From: Blastocystis sp. Blastoise
Taxonomy: Eukaryota; Protista; Bigyra: Opalinata
Length of the DNA stretch: 64,000 nt
Direction: 5' to 3'
NCBI GenBank assembly: GCA_039096225.1
Contig: JBBPEB010000015.1
Coordinates: 1,922,001 to 1,986,000 of the forward strand
Part shown: positions 1 through 15,200 of the stretch, piece by piece
Layout: each line of letters starts with the position of its first letter
Position numbering within the stretch: the stretch's first letter is position 1
Notes under the pieces: model-generated
What the model was told of the DNA's origin: nothing
What the model saw: only the letters and a program-made list of their open reading frames with translations
The model's database searches: none
Program-made: the position numbers and the translations under genes

Positions 1-51
1 CAAATATCAATAAATTACAGGTATATAAAAATATCAAAAAGGAAAAAAAAA

Positions 52-2192
52 TTATTCAGAAGCAAATACTTCGATAGAATTAACTTTAGAAACACATATA
101 TCTGAGACAGATGTAGAATAATTAAAAATACCATTACCATATTGATTTGGAATATTAAATGCATGTAATTCATTTACATAATTAGTAATACAAATAAGAT
201 TATTATTTTTTTGTTTTGAAAGCACAAATCCACCGCAGAAACCAAAGAAGAAATTATTATTTGTAAAATGAGCTAATTCATATGTAGTTTTTGTATTTAA
301 AAAACATGTTGGAGGGATTTGATGAGGGTTTATTAACGTAAATAAAAATGAATCTTTATCACATGAATATCCATAATTATCTAAAAGAATATATATAATA
401 TATATATATATATAAACAATTTCAGAATTATATAATAGTATAAATAGATAGCTAGTTTAATATAATAAGAAGAATAATAAAGTAATAAAAATAATAATAT
501 ATGTAAAATACTAAAAAATAATAAAATAAATAAATACTAATAATAATAATAGTATATATATATATACCTTGTTCTATCCAATGGATATCTTGATGATCCT
601 GATTCCATCCTTTACTTGAATATCCTCCAAATAAATTCTTTTTTCCTTTAGTATCAATTGTCTCTACTAGTATATATACTTCCTTATTATGTAATTGATC
701 TTTATATTCTTCATAATCAAATGTTTTTGTGTCCCTATAAGTAAAATAAAAATCATCAATATTATTATATAAATGAAATAAACAAATAAAAAAAAATAAT
801 TATATTCTAATAATAATTATATATATTTATATACTTATTTAATAAAGACCATGATTGAATATAATTTCTAAATATATATAATTGTTGTTTCATTGAATCA
901 TTTAATAATAAACTTTCATCAAATAAACGAATAGGAATACTAAATAATTTCAATTCTTCACTTAATCGATGAAAATCTATTGATTTCTCTTTAATTAATT
1001 CTATAGGAATTTCTTTTGTTTTTATATAACTTTCAATAATATTTGAATAAGATAATTGAATACTATATAATTCAAGTTTTTCTACTATATATTTAGAATT
1101 ATTCTTTAGAATAGTATCTGATAAATTATGTTCTTGTATATACTTATTAATACTACTTTCAGGATCAGATTGTGAAACAACTATTCTATATTCTTTCTGA
1201 ATAGAATTCATTGAATTAGTAGATTGATCTTTTTCTTCTTCTTGTATTTCATTATTTTCATTCTTTAAATATTTATTAATATTTTCATCTATATTCTTAT
1301 TTTCATCTATATTCTTATTTTTATCAATATTTTCATCTATATCTATATTTTCATCTTCATCTATATTTTCATCTATATTTTTATCTATATTCTTATTTTT
1401 ATCTATATTCTTATCTATATTCTTATCTATATTCTTATTTTCATCTATATTTTCAATATCTACTTTATCATCAACTTCATTTTCATCTTCTTCTTCACTT
1501 ATATTTTCATCTTCATCATCATTTACTTGACTATTTTGTTGATTATTTTCAGAAGACTGCATATACCAAGGGAATCTATATTTTTTACAAATAGATACAA
1601 TGCATTCAATATCATCCAAACTTAAATAACGACTATCTACTGATTTATCTTGAATAGAAAGACTGATTATATTCAAATACTCAAAGAATTTTTCTTTTGA
1701 ACAATAAGAATCATGTTCATAGTCATCCAGAATACTTTTACGAATCTCATCTACATATAACGTTGAATAAATCATTGATTTTTCCACAATCTTAACAAAA
1801 TCATCAATAAATGAATCGCCTTCTTCATAATCGTCTTCAGAATCCACAGGAATATTATCATCATGCATGAACTCCACTAAATCAGAAAAGTCCTTGTTAA
1901 ACTGTTTGATTATTGGTTTCATTTCATTTTCAAACGATCTAGAATCGTGTCTAAGACTCCTTGATATATCTTGAATTTGACTTATTGCTTTTTTATATGG
2001 TTCTGATACTTGTTGCTTGAGTTCATATTTTTGTTGCTTTGGTATTTTTCTTTTAGATTCATTAATGTATATAAAATCTTTAATTGCCTTCTTCTTTTCA
2101 CTCACAACTTGCTTTTCCATATCATAAAAAACTGTTTTCAGCTCATTCCATTTAGCTGTTGCTTGATCAACATTTTTCCTTAACTCCTCCAT
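52..2192 (-). CDS. TLDc-domain protein with N-terminal coiled-coil and acidic DENKNI repeats (3 exons)
   Basis: ORF 807-2192 splices (GT-AG) at QSWSLLNK to an exon at ~568-734 (LVETIDTKGKKNLFGGYSSKGW). The last exon at ~52-380 reads DKDSFLFTLINPHQIPP...SIEVFASE*. W.LL / FGGY...W / SFLFTL / EVF are TLDc hallmarks. Confidence 0.8.
1275..1460 (-). repeat. Coding minisatellite (12-18 bp units) encoding DENI/DKNKNI repeats
   Basis: Repeated tctatattcttattttcatc / tctatattctta units; translation DENKNIDKNIDKNI... Confidence 0.85.
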
Positions 2193-2716
2193 ATCTATAG
2201 AATCATGTAAGATATAATATATAAATATTTACTAAAATAATGACTCCAACCTATAGATAAAACAAAAATTCCTTTAAAATAGTAAAACTTGCTTTTTTTC
2301 TTAGTGATTCTACAGTTTTTTTTTAAATTTTTAATTTTTTCATTGTTTTTTATATATATTAATGGTATCTTCGCTTTATCTATGTTGTATATATTAAAAC
2401 AAAAGCCAGTGATACTCAAGAGAAACGTATATATATTAAATTATCGAGAAATAAATAATTATTTTGTGAATTGGATTTAAAAGAGCAGTTCCTATAAATA
2501 AGATATTGAATTTAGTTTGATTATATTACTCTCATTGATATTTGATATATCTAATGAATGAAAAATAGCAATGTAATAAGAAATCAGTGAATCATTAAAA
2601 AAAGGACTATCTATACAATTTGAAATAATAAACTAAAATAAATAAAAAAAAAAGAAAATAATAAATAAGAAAGAAAGAATATGAATTTGATCCTGAAAGC
2701 TATTCAAATATATGTA

Positions 2717-5700
2717 TTACACCATTGTTTCATATTCATTGTTATTTGAATCAGAATGTGTTGTAGAAATTATTTTTGATATTGTGACTCGTCGGATATT
2801 TTTAGGGTATCGTTTTGTATATGTAATATAGATATATCCAGAAATAATAATAAGTAAAGCAATGATAAAAAGAATGATGCAAATAATAAACCATGTATGA
2901 ATATATTTTTCTTTAATACATGTCAATGAAATAGTAATATGAATATCTCCTTCTGTGTTTGAGCAGGTGATGGTATACGATAGTGTATCAATTAGTTGAT
3001 CACATTTTCCAGTTATATATCCTGTAGATATATTAAAAACTAAAGAAGAAGGAAGAATAGGAGATATAGTACATGAATACTCTGCAGCTTCTATTCTAGC
3101 TGAAATAGAATAATATCTATTAATATATAATATATAGTTTGTTCTTTCATAATGAATTGATAGAGGTGGATTTAAATGACAATAATCTACTTCTTCTTGT
3201 AATTTACGATCTTTACACAATCGTTGATATCTTCCTGAATAATATTGTTTACAATTCTTATATGCATATTGTCCTTCTAAAGCACCTTGATAACCATTTT
3301 GAGAAGAACAACCTCCTTCGATTCTTGTAGAAAATAAAGATATATCACTTAATTGAAAACCATATTGTGTTGAATTTTCATACAAACAAACATTATCAGA
3401 TTCTATTCCATCTAAAGGACTGTTATCACAAGCTAATACTCGAATACGATACTGATTATAATTCTTTTCTGAATAAAAAACATACTTCTTTGTTTGTATA
3501 TATTCAGTGAATTGTATATTCTCAACAAAATGAAGAATATTCCAATTTTGATTGTCATTTGAAGCTTCAAATATCCATGATGATGGATGTCTTGGATTAC
3601 ATTTAATACCACTAGTAATACTATAAGATGTTATATATTCTTTTATATTATGATTAAATTGATAACCATAAATAGCACCAACACAACGTGGTCCAGAAAT
3701 ATGTATTGTATTTATATTATTATCAAATAAAGCATTTAACATCGTTATATCTCCTAAATCTCCAAAAGGAATCCCATTAAATACACGATATGCATTATTA
3801 CTAATATAATGTATAGATCCATCAAATATCGATTGAAAATCTGTATTTGAAAAGCCATGAACTTCAATAGCTACTGTATTTTTATCATTGAATAATCCTT
3901 GTGAAAATGAATTCATAATAATTGTATATTTTTGAAGATCTTGATAATTGTATATACATGTAGAATATCGATTTATAATACCTTTATTCAAATTAAATCG
4001 ACCTTGTTCTATACCATTTATATATAGAATTAATCCAGATTTTGTTGAACATCCAATTTCAATACATGAATATATATATGGATTCTTATTTGTATCTTCA
4101 TAAAAATGATGAATATTCTTTGTATTGATAGAAGAAAAGGAATAATTAGGTTTAAATGAATTAATAAAATGTATATAATATTTAAATAGTTCTTTAATTT
4201 GAAAAGAAATTCGATAATATTGAGTATGAAATGAAGAAGGAAGATAATGATTAAAAGAAGCTTCTCTCCATAAAGAATCATCATAAATAGGATTATTCCA
4301 TTGACTATCAACTAGAGTATCTATATTATGATATTTCCATAATCCATATAATGGTGGAACCATATATTCAAGGCTTAATGGAAATATCTTCGTTCCTTCA
4401 TTTAATCCTAATGATCCATATAAAAGAGTAGTATTATCCTCTAAATATACATGAAAAGATCCGTTATCCCAACCATCTGATTTAGTATCTGTAAATACTA
4501 ATATATATGAATTATAAGGAAGGCAAAAAGAAAAATAACTAGGTATATTATTTTGAACTCCAATATGTTCTTTAATAATTGTATTATTACTATAAAGTAA
4601 TAAAAATCCTTGTTCTTGTCCATAATAACCACCTATAATCTCAATAGTAAATAGAATATTAGGAGGTTGACAATAATAAATCGATAATAAAATAGTAGTA
4701 TTTGATATATCTCCCTTTGCACTTATAGCTTGTATAGTATATAGTTGATTTTCTATGATTTCTTTAGGTATTCCTCGAATAGATCCACTTGATGTATCTA
4801 TTTCTAAAGGAAATAATAACTGTGGAGTAATAGAGAAACTAGAATAGTATTCTGAATTTGGTTCTATTTCTTGAAAAGGTACTCCTATATATCCTTGTAG
4901 TAAATTATAAGGGAATTGAAGAGGAGGAATAATTAATGAATCTAATTCTACAGTAAATAATTGAATTTCTGATAATGAATAACCATAAGGAATAGAATCC
5001 TTCTCTGAAGGATTTATGAATAAGAATTGATAAGATTTATAAGGTTTTGCTAATGAAGGAATATAGAAACATCTTCGTTGATATCGAGAAATCCAATGAG
5101 TATTTAAAACAGTATGAATTGTTTCATAATGGATATTATCATTTGAACCTAAAATAGACCAATCTGAAGGATCAAAAAAATAAATTTGATTAGAAGAAAT
5201 AAAACAATATTGATTTATATAATGTGCATGATTATTTCCAAAAGTAATAAAGAGAGAAATCGATGGATTCAATATAGGATTTAATTCTTTATACCATTGT
5301 TGATTCTTATTTGAATTAAATAAATAATAAATAGTATCAGAATCAGGTATGGAATCATAGCTAGAAATCCAAGAATGTGTTAAAACATTTGAAAGAGACA
5401 GAGGTAGAAGTGTACATTTGAAGAAAAATATATTTGATGATGATGATGAAGATGATATAGGGGAAGATAAAGAAGTTATAGAAGATGATGAAGATATAGT
5501 GGAAGATGATGATGAAGATAAAGAAGACGAAGATAAAGAATTATTTGAATAAACAATACCAATGGCAATAGTATTATTACCAAAAGAAAGTAAACGTAAA
5601 GGTAATGTTAATGTATACCATAAATATTCAGATCTTACTGAAAGTGGCTGAATAGACATTGATAAATTTTCAGTTGGTAGATTTTCTCTATAAACCTCAT

Positions 5701-8700
5701 TTCCATTAATATAGAGTATATAAGAATCTTTTATATATATACGTAATTCAAAACTAGTAAATATATTATTTGGAATATATTCAAAAGTAGTACGTAATAA
5801 ATATATAGAATTCTTTTCTACTTGATGATCAAAAGATGAAGATAAAGATGATGATGAAGAAGAAGAAGAAAATGAATAAGTATTCCATAAAGTATCAGTA
5901 TAATTAGATAAAAACCAATCTGTTGGAATAGTATTATAAATATATTTCCAAGTAATAGAGTTATGAATTAATAATAAAGTATTTATATAATACTCATCTC
6001 TTGTTGAACTATATAAATGTAATTGACCTAATAATTGTAAATCTATATTTGTATTATTTATATATATAGAAAGAAATGATTGTTCAGACCATGAATCTTG
6101 ACCTGTATCCATTAAAACAACTTTAATAATTCCCGCGGGAATACAAATTGATGTAGAAATTTCTGTGTTATCATTAAAAGAAGAAGAAGAATAGAGTAAT
6201 TGATTCGATGATGAATATATAGAAAAAGATTCTTCAGAAGCAAATAACGTATTCTTCTTTTTCATTGTTATAAATGTATATAAAGGAGGAATACAAGCTA
6301 TATAGATAGATGAGTAACAAGAATTGACTGTATATATATTGCATATTAATTGAATTTTATATATGCATATATATACTAATATAGAAAAAAATAGTATAAA
6401 CGAATGAATATATATATATTAATATAGAAAAAAAAGAATATAAAGTAATGAATATATATATATATTTATATAGAAAAAAATTATATAAAGTAATGAATAT
6501 ATATATATATATTAATATAGAAAAATATATATATATAAAGTAATGAACATATATATATACCTTCATATTGAATATTAACGGTAGTAGAATAAATATTTTG
6601 TGTATAAATATGTGTTGCTATTATGGTGAAATTTTTATGAATAGGTATTTGTGATATTCCTTTAATAACTCCAGTATTTATATTTAAAGTAACTCCAGGA
6701 GGAAGAGAAGGAGAAATAGAATAATTTTGATATCCTGAACTAATAGGAAAGATAAATATTGAATTAAGTGAATGAAAACCACGGTAATTATTTGTATTAT
6801 AATGAATTCCTGATGATAATATTGGATAATTACATAAATAGAAAAAAATTGAAGAAAGTGATATATCCGTAGATGATGATTGATCTAAAATATATATATA
6901 TTTATTTATTTATTTATTTATTTATTTATCGCATTATATTTCAAGAACAAAATAAATAAATTATATTGACATTTTTATTAATATATATAAATATTTATAA
7001 ATATTTATAAAATATATATATACAAAATTCAATCTTATAATATTTAAAATTCCAACGATTACTTCTTAGTATATATGTTTTAATTTGTTTTCTATATATA
7101 AATACTTCATCTTCTCTTCTATCTAATTGTATATATATATTATTATCAGTAGATCCATAAAGAATCCATGAACGTGGATCCCCGTGATTATTATCGACAG
7201 AAGATGTAATAGAATATCCAGATATATACATAGATCTATAAAAATGGATTTATATATGTAATTATTATTGATGATAGAATGAATAGAACAGAATATAGAC
7301 AAATCTTATTATTGTGTTATATATGTATAAATACCCATCTTCGGGAACAGTATAATAGAAAATAAAATTATTTTGATTTGGAATATAAAAATATGTATTT
7401 GTTATTGAGTTTACAAGTGTTTTGCAACTATTTCGTTCTAAAGAATTATCTGGAATACATGTAACAGCTGTTGGTAGTAAATTAATGAATTCACATTCTA
7501 AAGTAATATATATGATTATATAAATATTTATATTTCAATTCTGCTAATGTTATACTATTTAAATATAAATACTATTTGGATTTATTTCGATTGGAAACGA
7601 TAACAGTTGTAGAAAAGAATGATCTTCGTCATGCTCATTACATTTGATTTCTTTTATACATAAAACAGTATCTCTTGTACTATCTAAATAACGTTTATCA
7701 ACAGTTATTCTAGAAATATATATATATATATATAGTTAGCATAACTATGGTGTCATTATTATTATTGAATTATTATTCACTATATATATATATACAGAAG
7801 TGGAATTAGTGTTTGATAAAGTGATTGTGTTGTATATATATCTTCTTCATAATAATTATCATATCTAAAAATTTTAAATATAATTAGTATTAACTTATAA
7901 TAGTAAATAATCTTATATAATTAATATAATACTAAATGATATAACATAATATAATACAAGCATAATACAAACATAATATATAAAATTTACTACTCATAAT
8001 CACAATAAAAAGCATACCTATCTGAATAATGCTCATAGATTAATTCTCCATCAATATATATATAGAGAGAATGTGTTGTATATATAGATATGATAAAAGC
8101 AGTAAATGTAGAACTATTATTTGGATAAAGTAAGGGTATACGATAATATCTATAAGTAGTATTAAAAGAAGGAATATATGAATATTTATTATGATTCCAA
8201 GAAGAATCATCATAAAAAGAATAAGTCCATTTATCTGTTATTTGTTCCAAAGTAGTATAAGAATATATTGATGATGATGATATTAACAAAAATGCTATAT
8301 ATATATAGTATATTATATAAAAAAAAACATTTCTTTATTCACTATTATTCAATTATTTATATATATATATACGTGTAAATGAATCATAACTAATATAAGA
8401 TTTAGTTGAATAAGAATAAGGCATAGTAGTTGAATAGATTAATGAATTATCTATATAAAATTCTAAAATTGAAGATTCTGTTGAGGTTCCCCAACCATCA
8501 CCATCACTAATATATATATATATATAATTTTAATTATACAATAATATTTTACCTATCTTTCATTACAATAATATGAATAGTTGGCTTGGTACAAATAGTG
8601 TATGTTTTTTCTGAATTCGAATCTGAATGCAATCCTTGAACACTTAGTACCAATTCACCATTATGAACAGAATCTCTCCAAATTTCAAAGGACTCTTCTT

Positions 8701-8851
8701 CAGCATAATCCGAATATTTCCTTATTATCTTTAGGGGTATTTCAGACTCATTACAAATTGATTCACCTATTGAAATTAGCATATTTTATTAATTATATAA
8801 AAATATACAGATCACCAGCAAAACAAGAATAATGAATGATTTAAGCATCAT
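2717..8851 (-). CDS. Large type-I membrane/surface protein with repeated galactose-binding (F5/8-like) and putative Ig modules (~10 exons)
   Basis: Signal peptide MMLKSFIILVLLVIC spliced to ESICNESE. About 9 GT-AG introns join ORFs 8549-8782, 7990-8289 and 6995-7231 to the 3.5 kb exon. Repeated D..GDGW, WKY...W...YDDS.W, DP.SW.L.GS.D and YSISP.LP.G...N..TG.I.G motifs. C-terminal TM segment WFIICIILFIIALLIIISGYIYI. Confidence 0.75.
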
Positions 8852-9302
8852 GTATAAATTCTTTATTGACAATATTGTAATTCGGTGAAATATGTACTAA
8901 AAATAGAATCAAAATATATAATTGCGTGTTCATCATTTCTTTAGGGATCCATTATTTGTTATCAAAAATAAATGAAATCTATATTGGGAGTCTATCTATG
9001 ATTTAATCTGCCATTAATATATCAAAATAAATTGTGTGGACCATTATAACGCTATTTTGGCATTTCCTAAAAATTGAAAAAAAGAATATTTTTAAAGAAT
9101 ACATTTATATATGTTAAACCTCAGTAGTGTGTCATAGTTAAATTATTTTTTTTTATTTGATGAATACTAAACAAAGAATTAATTATTCAATAGTAATTAT
9201 AGCCCAATAAAAAAGTAATAATTAAATGTTTATAAAAATTATTAATTAAAAAATAACTTAGATGATGTATAAAAAATATATATATAATTATATATATTGT
9301 AT

Positions 9303-9573
9303 TTAATTTTCTTTTTCACTACCAAAAATAGATTCATAAACTTGATGAATTTCAAATTGAAGAGCTTTTTTACCTCTAGTTAAATAGACAATAAATCCAT
9401 AGAAAAGAATACATCCAATAATTAAAGAAATATTCACATAAACATCATAGAAGGGAGATTTATATTGATATAATTGAATAGTACCAGAATGATCACCAAA
9501 GAATTGAGCATTGTCTTTCATATCTACAGTTGATTTAATAACTTGAACATCATCAGCATAGGAAGATAAATAC

Positions 9574-9620
<47 letters not shown>

Positions 9621-9886
9621 CATTATAATAATAAACATAATAATAATAAACTAAATAATAATACTATATACTTGTTTTAAAGCTTTAATAAGAGGAGAAT
9701 CAATAGTAATGAAAGGAGCATAAGTAGAAGTCTTAGAGAATATATTCATCCAATTAGTAATAGAATCAGTATTAAGAGTTAAAGGACCTTCAAAGATATT
9801 TCCAGCAGATTCAACATTAAGCATATATTTAGCAAGAGATTCAGCAATTACTTTAATAGATTTTATATAAAGTTCCATATCAACTC

Positions 9887-9975
<89 letters not shown>

Positions 9976-11682
9976 TTTATATATACTTATTATTAAAGAG
10001 AGATCCTCTCATATAAGCATCTCCTTGAGTTTGTTCTTCTTCTTCAGTAATAGAAGTAATAGTACCCGAAGGAATACGTCTCATAGCAAATCGTTCATGC
10101 ATATAGGTACGGTGACTATGTTCTAAATTAACATTCTTTACATCTACAGTAACAGGCATATTCATTTGTTTACCAACAACTTCGAATGTAGATAAAAGAC
10201 GTTGAAGATCTTCTTCTTTAGGGAATTTATTGATATGAAGATGAAGAGAATCATGTAAACTATATATATTATAATATGTAATATATTAATTATTATTAAT
10301 AGGTCTCATAAATAAATTTTAAAAATGTATAATATTATTTAAATAAGTATCATAAATAAATTCAAAAATTAATAATATAAAGTATAATAATAATAATAAT
10401 ATATATATACCCTAATCTATCTAAAGAAAGAGCAAAGAGTATATTATTTAATAATTCAGGATTCGTTTGTATAAGCCATTGTCTTAAGCCCTCATTATCC
10501 ATCATACCACCATTTGTAAGAACAAATAAAATATTATACGTAATTCTATTAAAGAAATATATATATATATATATAGACTATTTATATGCATATACGTGTA
10601 AATATATAGAATAAACAATAAACAAATAAAATAAAAAATAATAAAAATAAATAAAAAAAGATATATTCCTTTCTTTCCAGTATTTTGGTATAATTTAGAG
10701 AATAATCTATTAAGTTCTAAGACACCTATAGTACCACTAGCATTATCAAGAGTATTCATGGCAAGAGAAGGAGCTACAGCAAAACTATCATAATTAGCAG
10801 ATATTACAAGTATAGGTAAATTATCATGATTTTCTACATCAGCATATATCATAGATTGAATTGTTTGATAAGGACTAGAAACAAGAGCTTTCTTATTATT
10901 ACGGAAATCACCTAAAGCAGAGAAAGAATTCTATATATATATATAAATTAACTCATTTATTAATTGATAAAAAAATTTATTAATTGAAATTTTTAACATA
11001 TAAATATAGATATACAGAAAAAGAATTCTATATATATAAATTAACTCATTTATTAATTGATAAAAAAAAATATCAATTGAAATTTTTAACATATAAATAT
11101 AGATATACAGAAAAAGAATTCTTATTAACAATTTGTTGATAGATAGAATCTACATCTTTTTCATCATATATAAAGTAAATTGAAGAACTGAATGAACGAG
11201 ATACTAAATATTTTTCAACATTTTGCATTTCAATTAAAACTTCCTTAGAAAGCTATATAAAAAAATTGTTTATTTTTATTAAATATTAATTGTATTCTTT
11301 AATAAATTATAGATATTTATATACATTTTCAGTATTCTTAGGAACAATGATAATAATACCACCAACACTTTGAATATCTACTAATTCAACAATTTTGTCT
11401 CTAGTAAGTTCTTCAAATTTAGCAAGAGCGACATATCTATTACCCTTAACTCGAGTATCTTCATTAATAGCTAAGATAGAATCAATGCTAGCTAACTTAA
11501 GGTTAAGTGTAGCTTGTTGAGAACCATAATTATTGTTATTTATAGTAAATTGAGCAAGTCTATGACCTTCAACTTCAACTTGAGAAGAAGCAGCAAAGGC
11601 ATAAGTGATTAAAAACAAAGTAAAGAACTATATGAATGGAAACAATAAGTTCAAATATAAACCATACTAACTTTATTTGCAT
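9303..11682 (-). CDS. NCLN: Nicalin (M28-peptidase-like BOS complex subunit), ~9 exons including one AT-AC intron
   Basis: EGHRLAQF...YGSQ; LPILVISANYDSFAVAPSLA...NASG...LELNRLFSKLY; YNILFVLTNGG; HERFAMRRIPSGTI; IKVIAESLAKYM; C-terminal TM helix. ATG at 11680-11682. Confidence 0.9.
10540..10664 (-). other. AT-AC (U12-type) intron in nicalin
   Basis: Sense strand: GGA AT|ATATCTTTTTTT...TTTCTTTAATAGAATTAC|G TAT AAT ATT. Removal restores KKGMYNILFVLTNGG. Confidence 0.85.
10919..11122 (-). repeat. Tandem duplication of intron plus 12-nt exon (units of ~93-97 bp)
   Basis: Near-identical introns 11028-11108 and 10931-11015 flank the 12-nt exon 11016-11027 (AATTCTTTTTCT, NSFS). Confidence 0.9.
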
Positions 11683-12283
11683 CTTTATTAAATACAGATC
11701 TGCTTATGATAAAAATATATCAATAAATCGTTATATATAGAGATATCTATACAAAACAAAATTGTAGAACATGTTTTAATTCCATTCATTTTCTATAATT
11801 TTCTGAAAACCTTGGGAATTTCATCATTGTTGCTTTTATTTCTATTTGTTTTGATTCAACAGAAGTTTTCTTTTCTTTTTGAATCATTGATGTGTATAAC
11901 GATAATATACTTAAAATTGTAGTTATTTTGAACTATGGTCATAATTAAAACAAAGTTTCTATTGAAAATTGTGTTATATATGTTTTTATATATGTGATTC
12001 TTTAAATAGTTATAGCTATAAGATCTATGATATTTTAATTCTTCACTAAAATCATTGATTCTATTCTTTGTTTTTATATAAGAAAGAAAAATACATTTAA
12101 ATAAAAAGAATTTTTAATTGACAAATAATAAAAAATAAAGTAAATTTATGAAAATAACATGGGGAATATGAAGAAGAAATAATCACAAAAGAAAATGATT
12201 TTTAAGAGAATCAATTCAAAATAATGAGATAAACATCTTTCATGAAAAAATATTTATATATTTGTTTATATGTCTATTGAAAC

Positions 12284-15200
12284 ATGGCTAATTTAAGTCG
12301 TCCTTGTACTTTATTGATCTCCTCTGATGGTAAATTGAGTTCCATGGATGTTCAAGCAATTCGTGAACATTTAGAATCAAAAGAAATTGAAAAGAAACGA
12401 GAAGGTGTTAAAGCTGCTATTCTTCATATGGCTAATGGAAAAGATATGAGTGAAGTTCTCATGCATGTTATTCGTTTTTGTGTTACTGTTGATGATCATG
12501 AATTAACCAAGTTACTTCAATTGTATATATTTTTTTATTAATCTTACTTATTGACATCACCGAGAGTTTGATAAAGTTCTTAAATTTTAAATTACGTTAC
12601 GAATCTTTTATTTTTTATTATAGATATTGGGAATGTGTAGTAAAAGTTGATGCTACGGGTAAATTAAAAGATGAAATGTTATTAGTGATTAATGCTATTC
12701 TTCAAAATTTAAAGCATCCTAATGAATATATTCGTGGTACAACATTAAGATTTTTATGTAAAATCACAGAAATTGAAATCTTAGAACCTCTTGTATGTTT
12801 TTATTTTTATAATTTTTTTTGTTTCTTTATTTTATTATATAATAATTTTATTTACTATATAATAATTTTATTTATTATATAATAGTTTTATTTACTATAT
12901 AATAGTTTTATTTATTATATAATATTTTTATTTACTATATAATAGTTTTTAATATTACTATATTACTTTAATTTCTTATAGGTGGAAGTAATTCGTGAGA
13001 ATTTAGATCATAGACATCCTTATGTTCGTCGTAATGCTGTAATGACTGTTTATTCTATATATAAATCTTTTGGAGATCGTTTAATGCCTGAAGCACCTGA
13101 TATTATTTCTGAATTTATTCAAAATGAAACAGATGCTAGTGCTCGTAGAAATGCTTTTAGTTTTTTAATTGATTGTGCTCCAGATCGTGCTGTTGAATAT
13201 CTTGAAGATAATGCTGAAAATGTATATTATTTATTTATTATTTATTATTTATTTATTATATATATATTATAGTTAGATAAATTAGGAGATTGTTTCCAAT
13301 TAGTATGCTTAGACTTAATACGTAAAGTCTGTTTTAAAGATCCTACTCAAAAGGTATTTTTTTTTTTTTTTTAATTTTATTAATATTATTTTATTTATTT
13401 ATTATTTTATTTATTATTATTATTTTATTTATTATTATATATCTCTATATATTATAATATATTAGGGTCGTTTTGTCAAGCCTTTATTTGGTATGTTAAA
13501 TAGTGAATCTAGTTCTGTTTCTTATGAAGCTGCTACTACATTATATCAACTTAGTAATAATCCTAGTGCTGTTAAGAGTTCAGCAACTACTCTCTTATCT
13601 CTTCTTAATAGTCAAGTACATAGATATATTTATTATTATTATTATATTTATATTTATTATTATTATTATTATTATTATATTTATATTTATATTATTATTA
13701 TATTTATATATACACATTTTTTAACTACAGATTCATAATAATAAAAAAAAAATAAATCTAACTAATATCTATCTATAATAGACTGATAATAATATAAAAT
13801 TAGTAATATTAGAAAAACTGAAAGCTATTGTATCTCAGAATCCTTTAAATCTTCAAGATATGGTTATGGATGTTTTACATTGTCTTAAGAACCCTTATAT
13901 TGATATTCGTAAAGAAGTATTAGATATTGCTATGTGTTTAATTTCAAATAGAAATATTAATGAAGTATATATTACTTATATTGTTTTGTTTTGCTTTTTT
14001 TATTATTAATTATATTATATTATATTATATTTTCTTTATTATTCTATATGATTTGCTTTAATATTATTTATATATATAGGTAATTAATTATTTAAAAAAA
14101 GAAATGATTCGTATGAGTGATCAAAAAGATAATGATAAAGATAATACTGCTTATAGACAATTATTAATTAAATCTATTCATATTTGTACTGTTAAATTCC
14201 CTGAAATTGCTCCTGCAGTTGTTCATCTCTTATTAGATTACTTAAATACCGATGCTGCTTCTCAAATCATGTGCTTAACACGTGAAATCATGTGTAAATA
14301 TCCAGATATGCAAACAAGTGTTATTGAGAAACTACAAAGTGTTTTCTTATCTATTGATCAAATTGATATATTACAAAATGAATTATATTTATTAGGAGAA
14401 TATAGTGAAGGATCTTTAGTGGAATCCTCTTGGAATACTATTATTGTATGTTTGTTTTATATATATATATATATTTTTTTAATTTTATTATCATTTTTAT
14501 TATTATCATCATTTTTATCATCATTTTTATTATTACTATATATTACTATAATATATATATAGAATGCTTTAGGACCACTTCCTCTTCTTTCTGATATATC
14601 TCAGAATAATCAAGTAAATTTGACAGAAGCTGAACCTGTTGATTCTGAAGATACTCTTAATAATAAACCAAAAGTATTAGCTGATGGTACTTATGCTACT
14701 CAAGCTTATATGGAAGAAGAAAAAATGTATATTATTATTGTTAATTTTTTTTTTTTTAATATATATCAAAATATATTTTATTATAGTGATATATCGGAAC
14801 AACTTCATCTTCGTCATCTTTTATTAGAAGAGAATTATTATTTATATACTTATTTATGTTCTACTTTAATAAAATTAACAATAAAGAGTTATATATTAGC
14901 CAAAGAAAATCCTGAATTATTTAAAATAGCTAAAGCACGTGCTATTGAAAGTATTGAGATTATGATTGGCTTATTAGATTTAGGAAAAAGAAAAGAAAAT
15001 AAGATTGAAATTGATCAAATTACTAAGAAACGAATTGAATATTCTATTAATATTCTTTTAAATAAGAAATACAGAGAATTAATTACTGACGTTTTATTAA
15101 CTAAAGGAAAAGAAGCTTTTGAAAAATTAATTAATAATCAAAAATCTGTTGAAGAAACAAAAGTTAAAAAAGAAAAAGTGTATTCCATTGAAGATACTAT

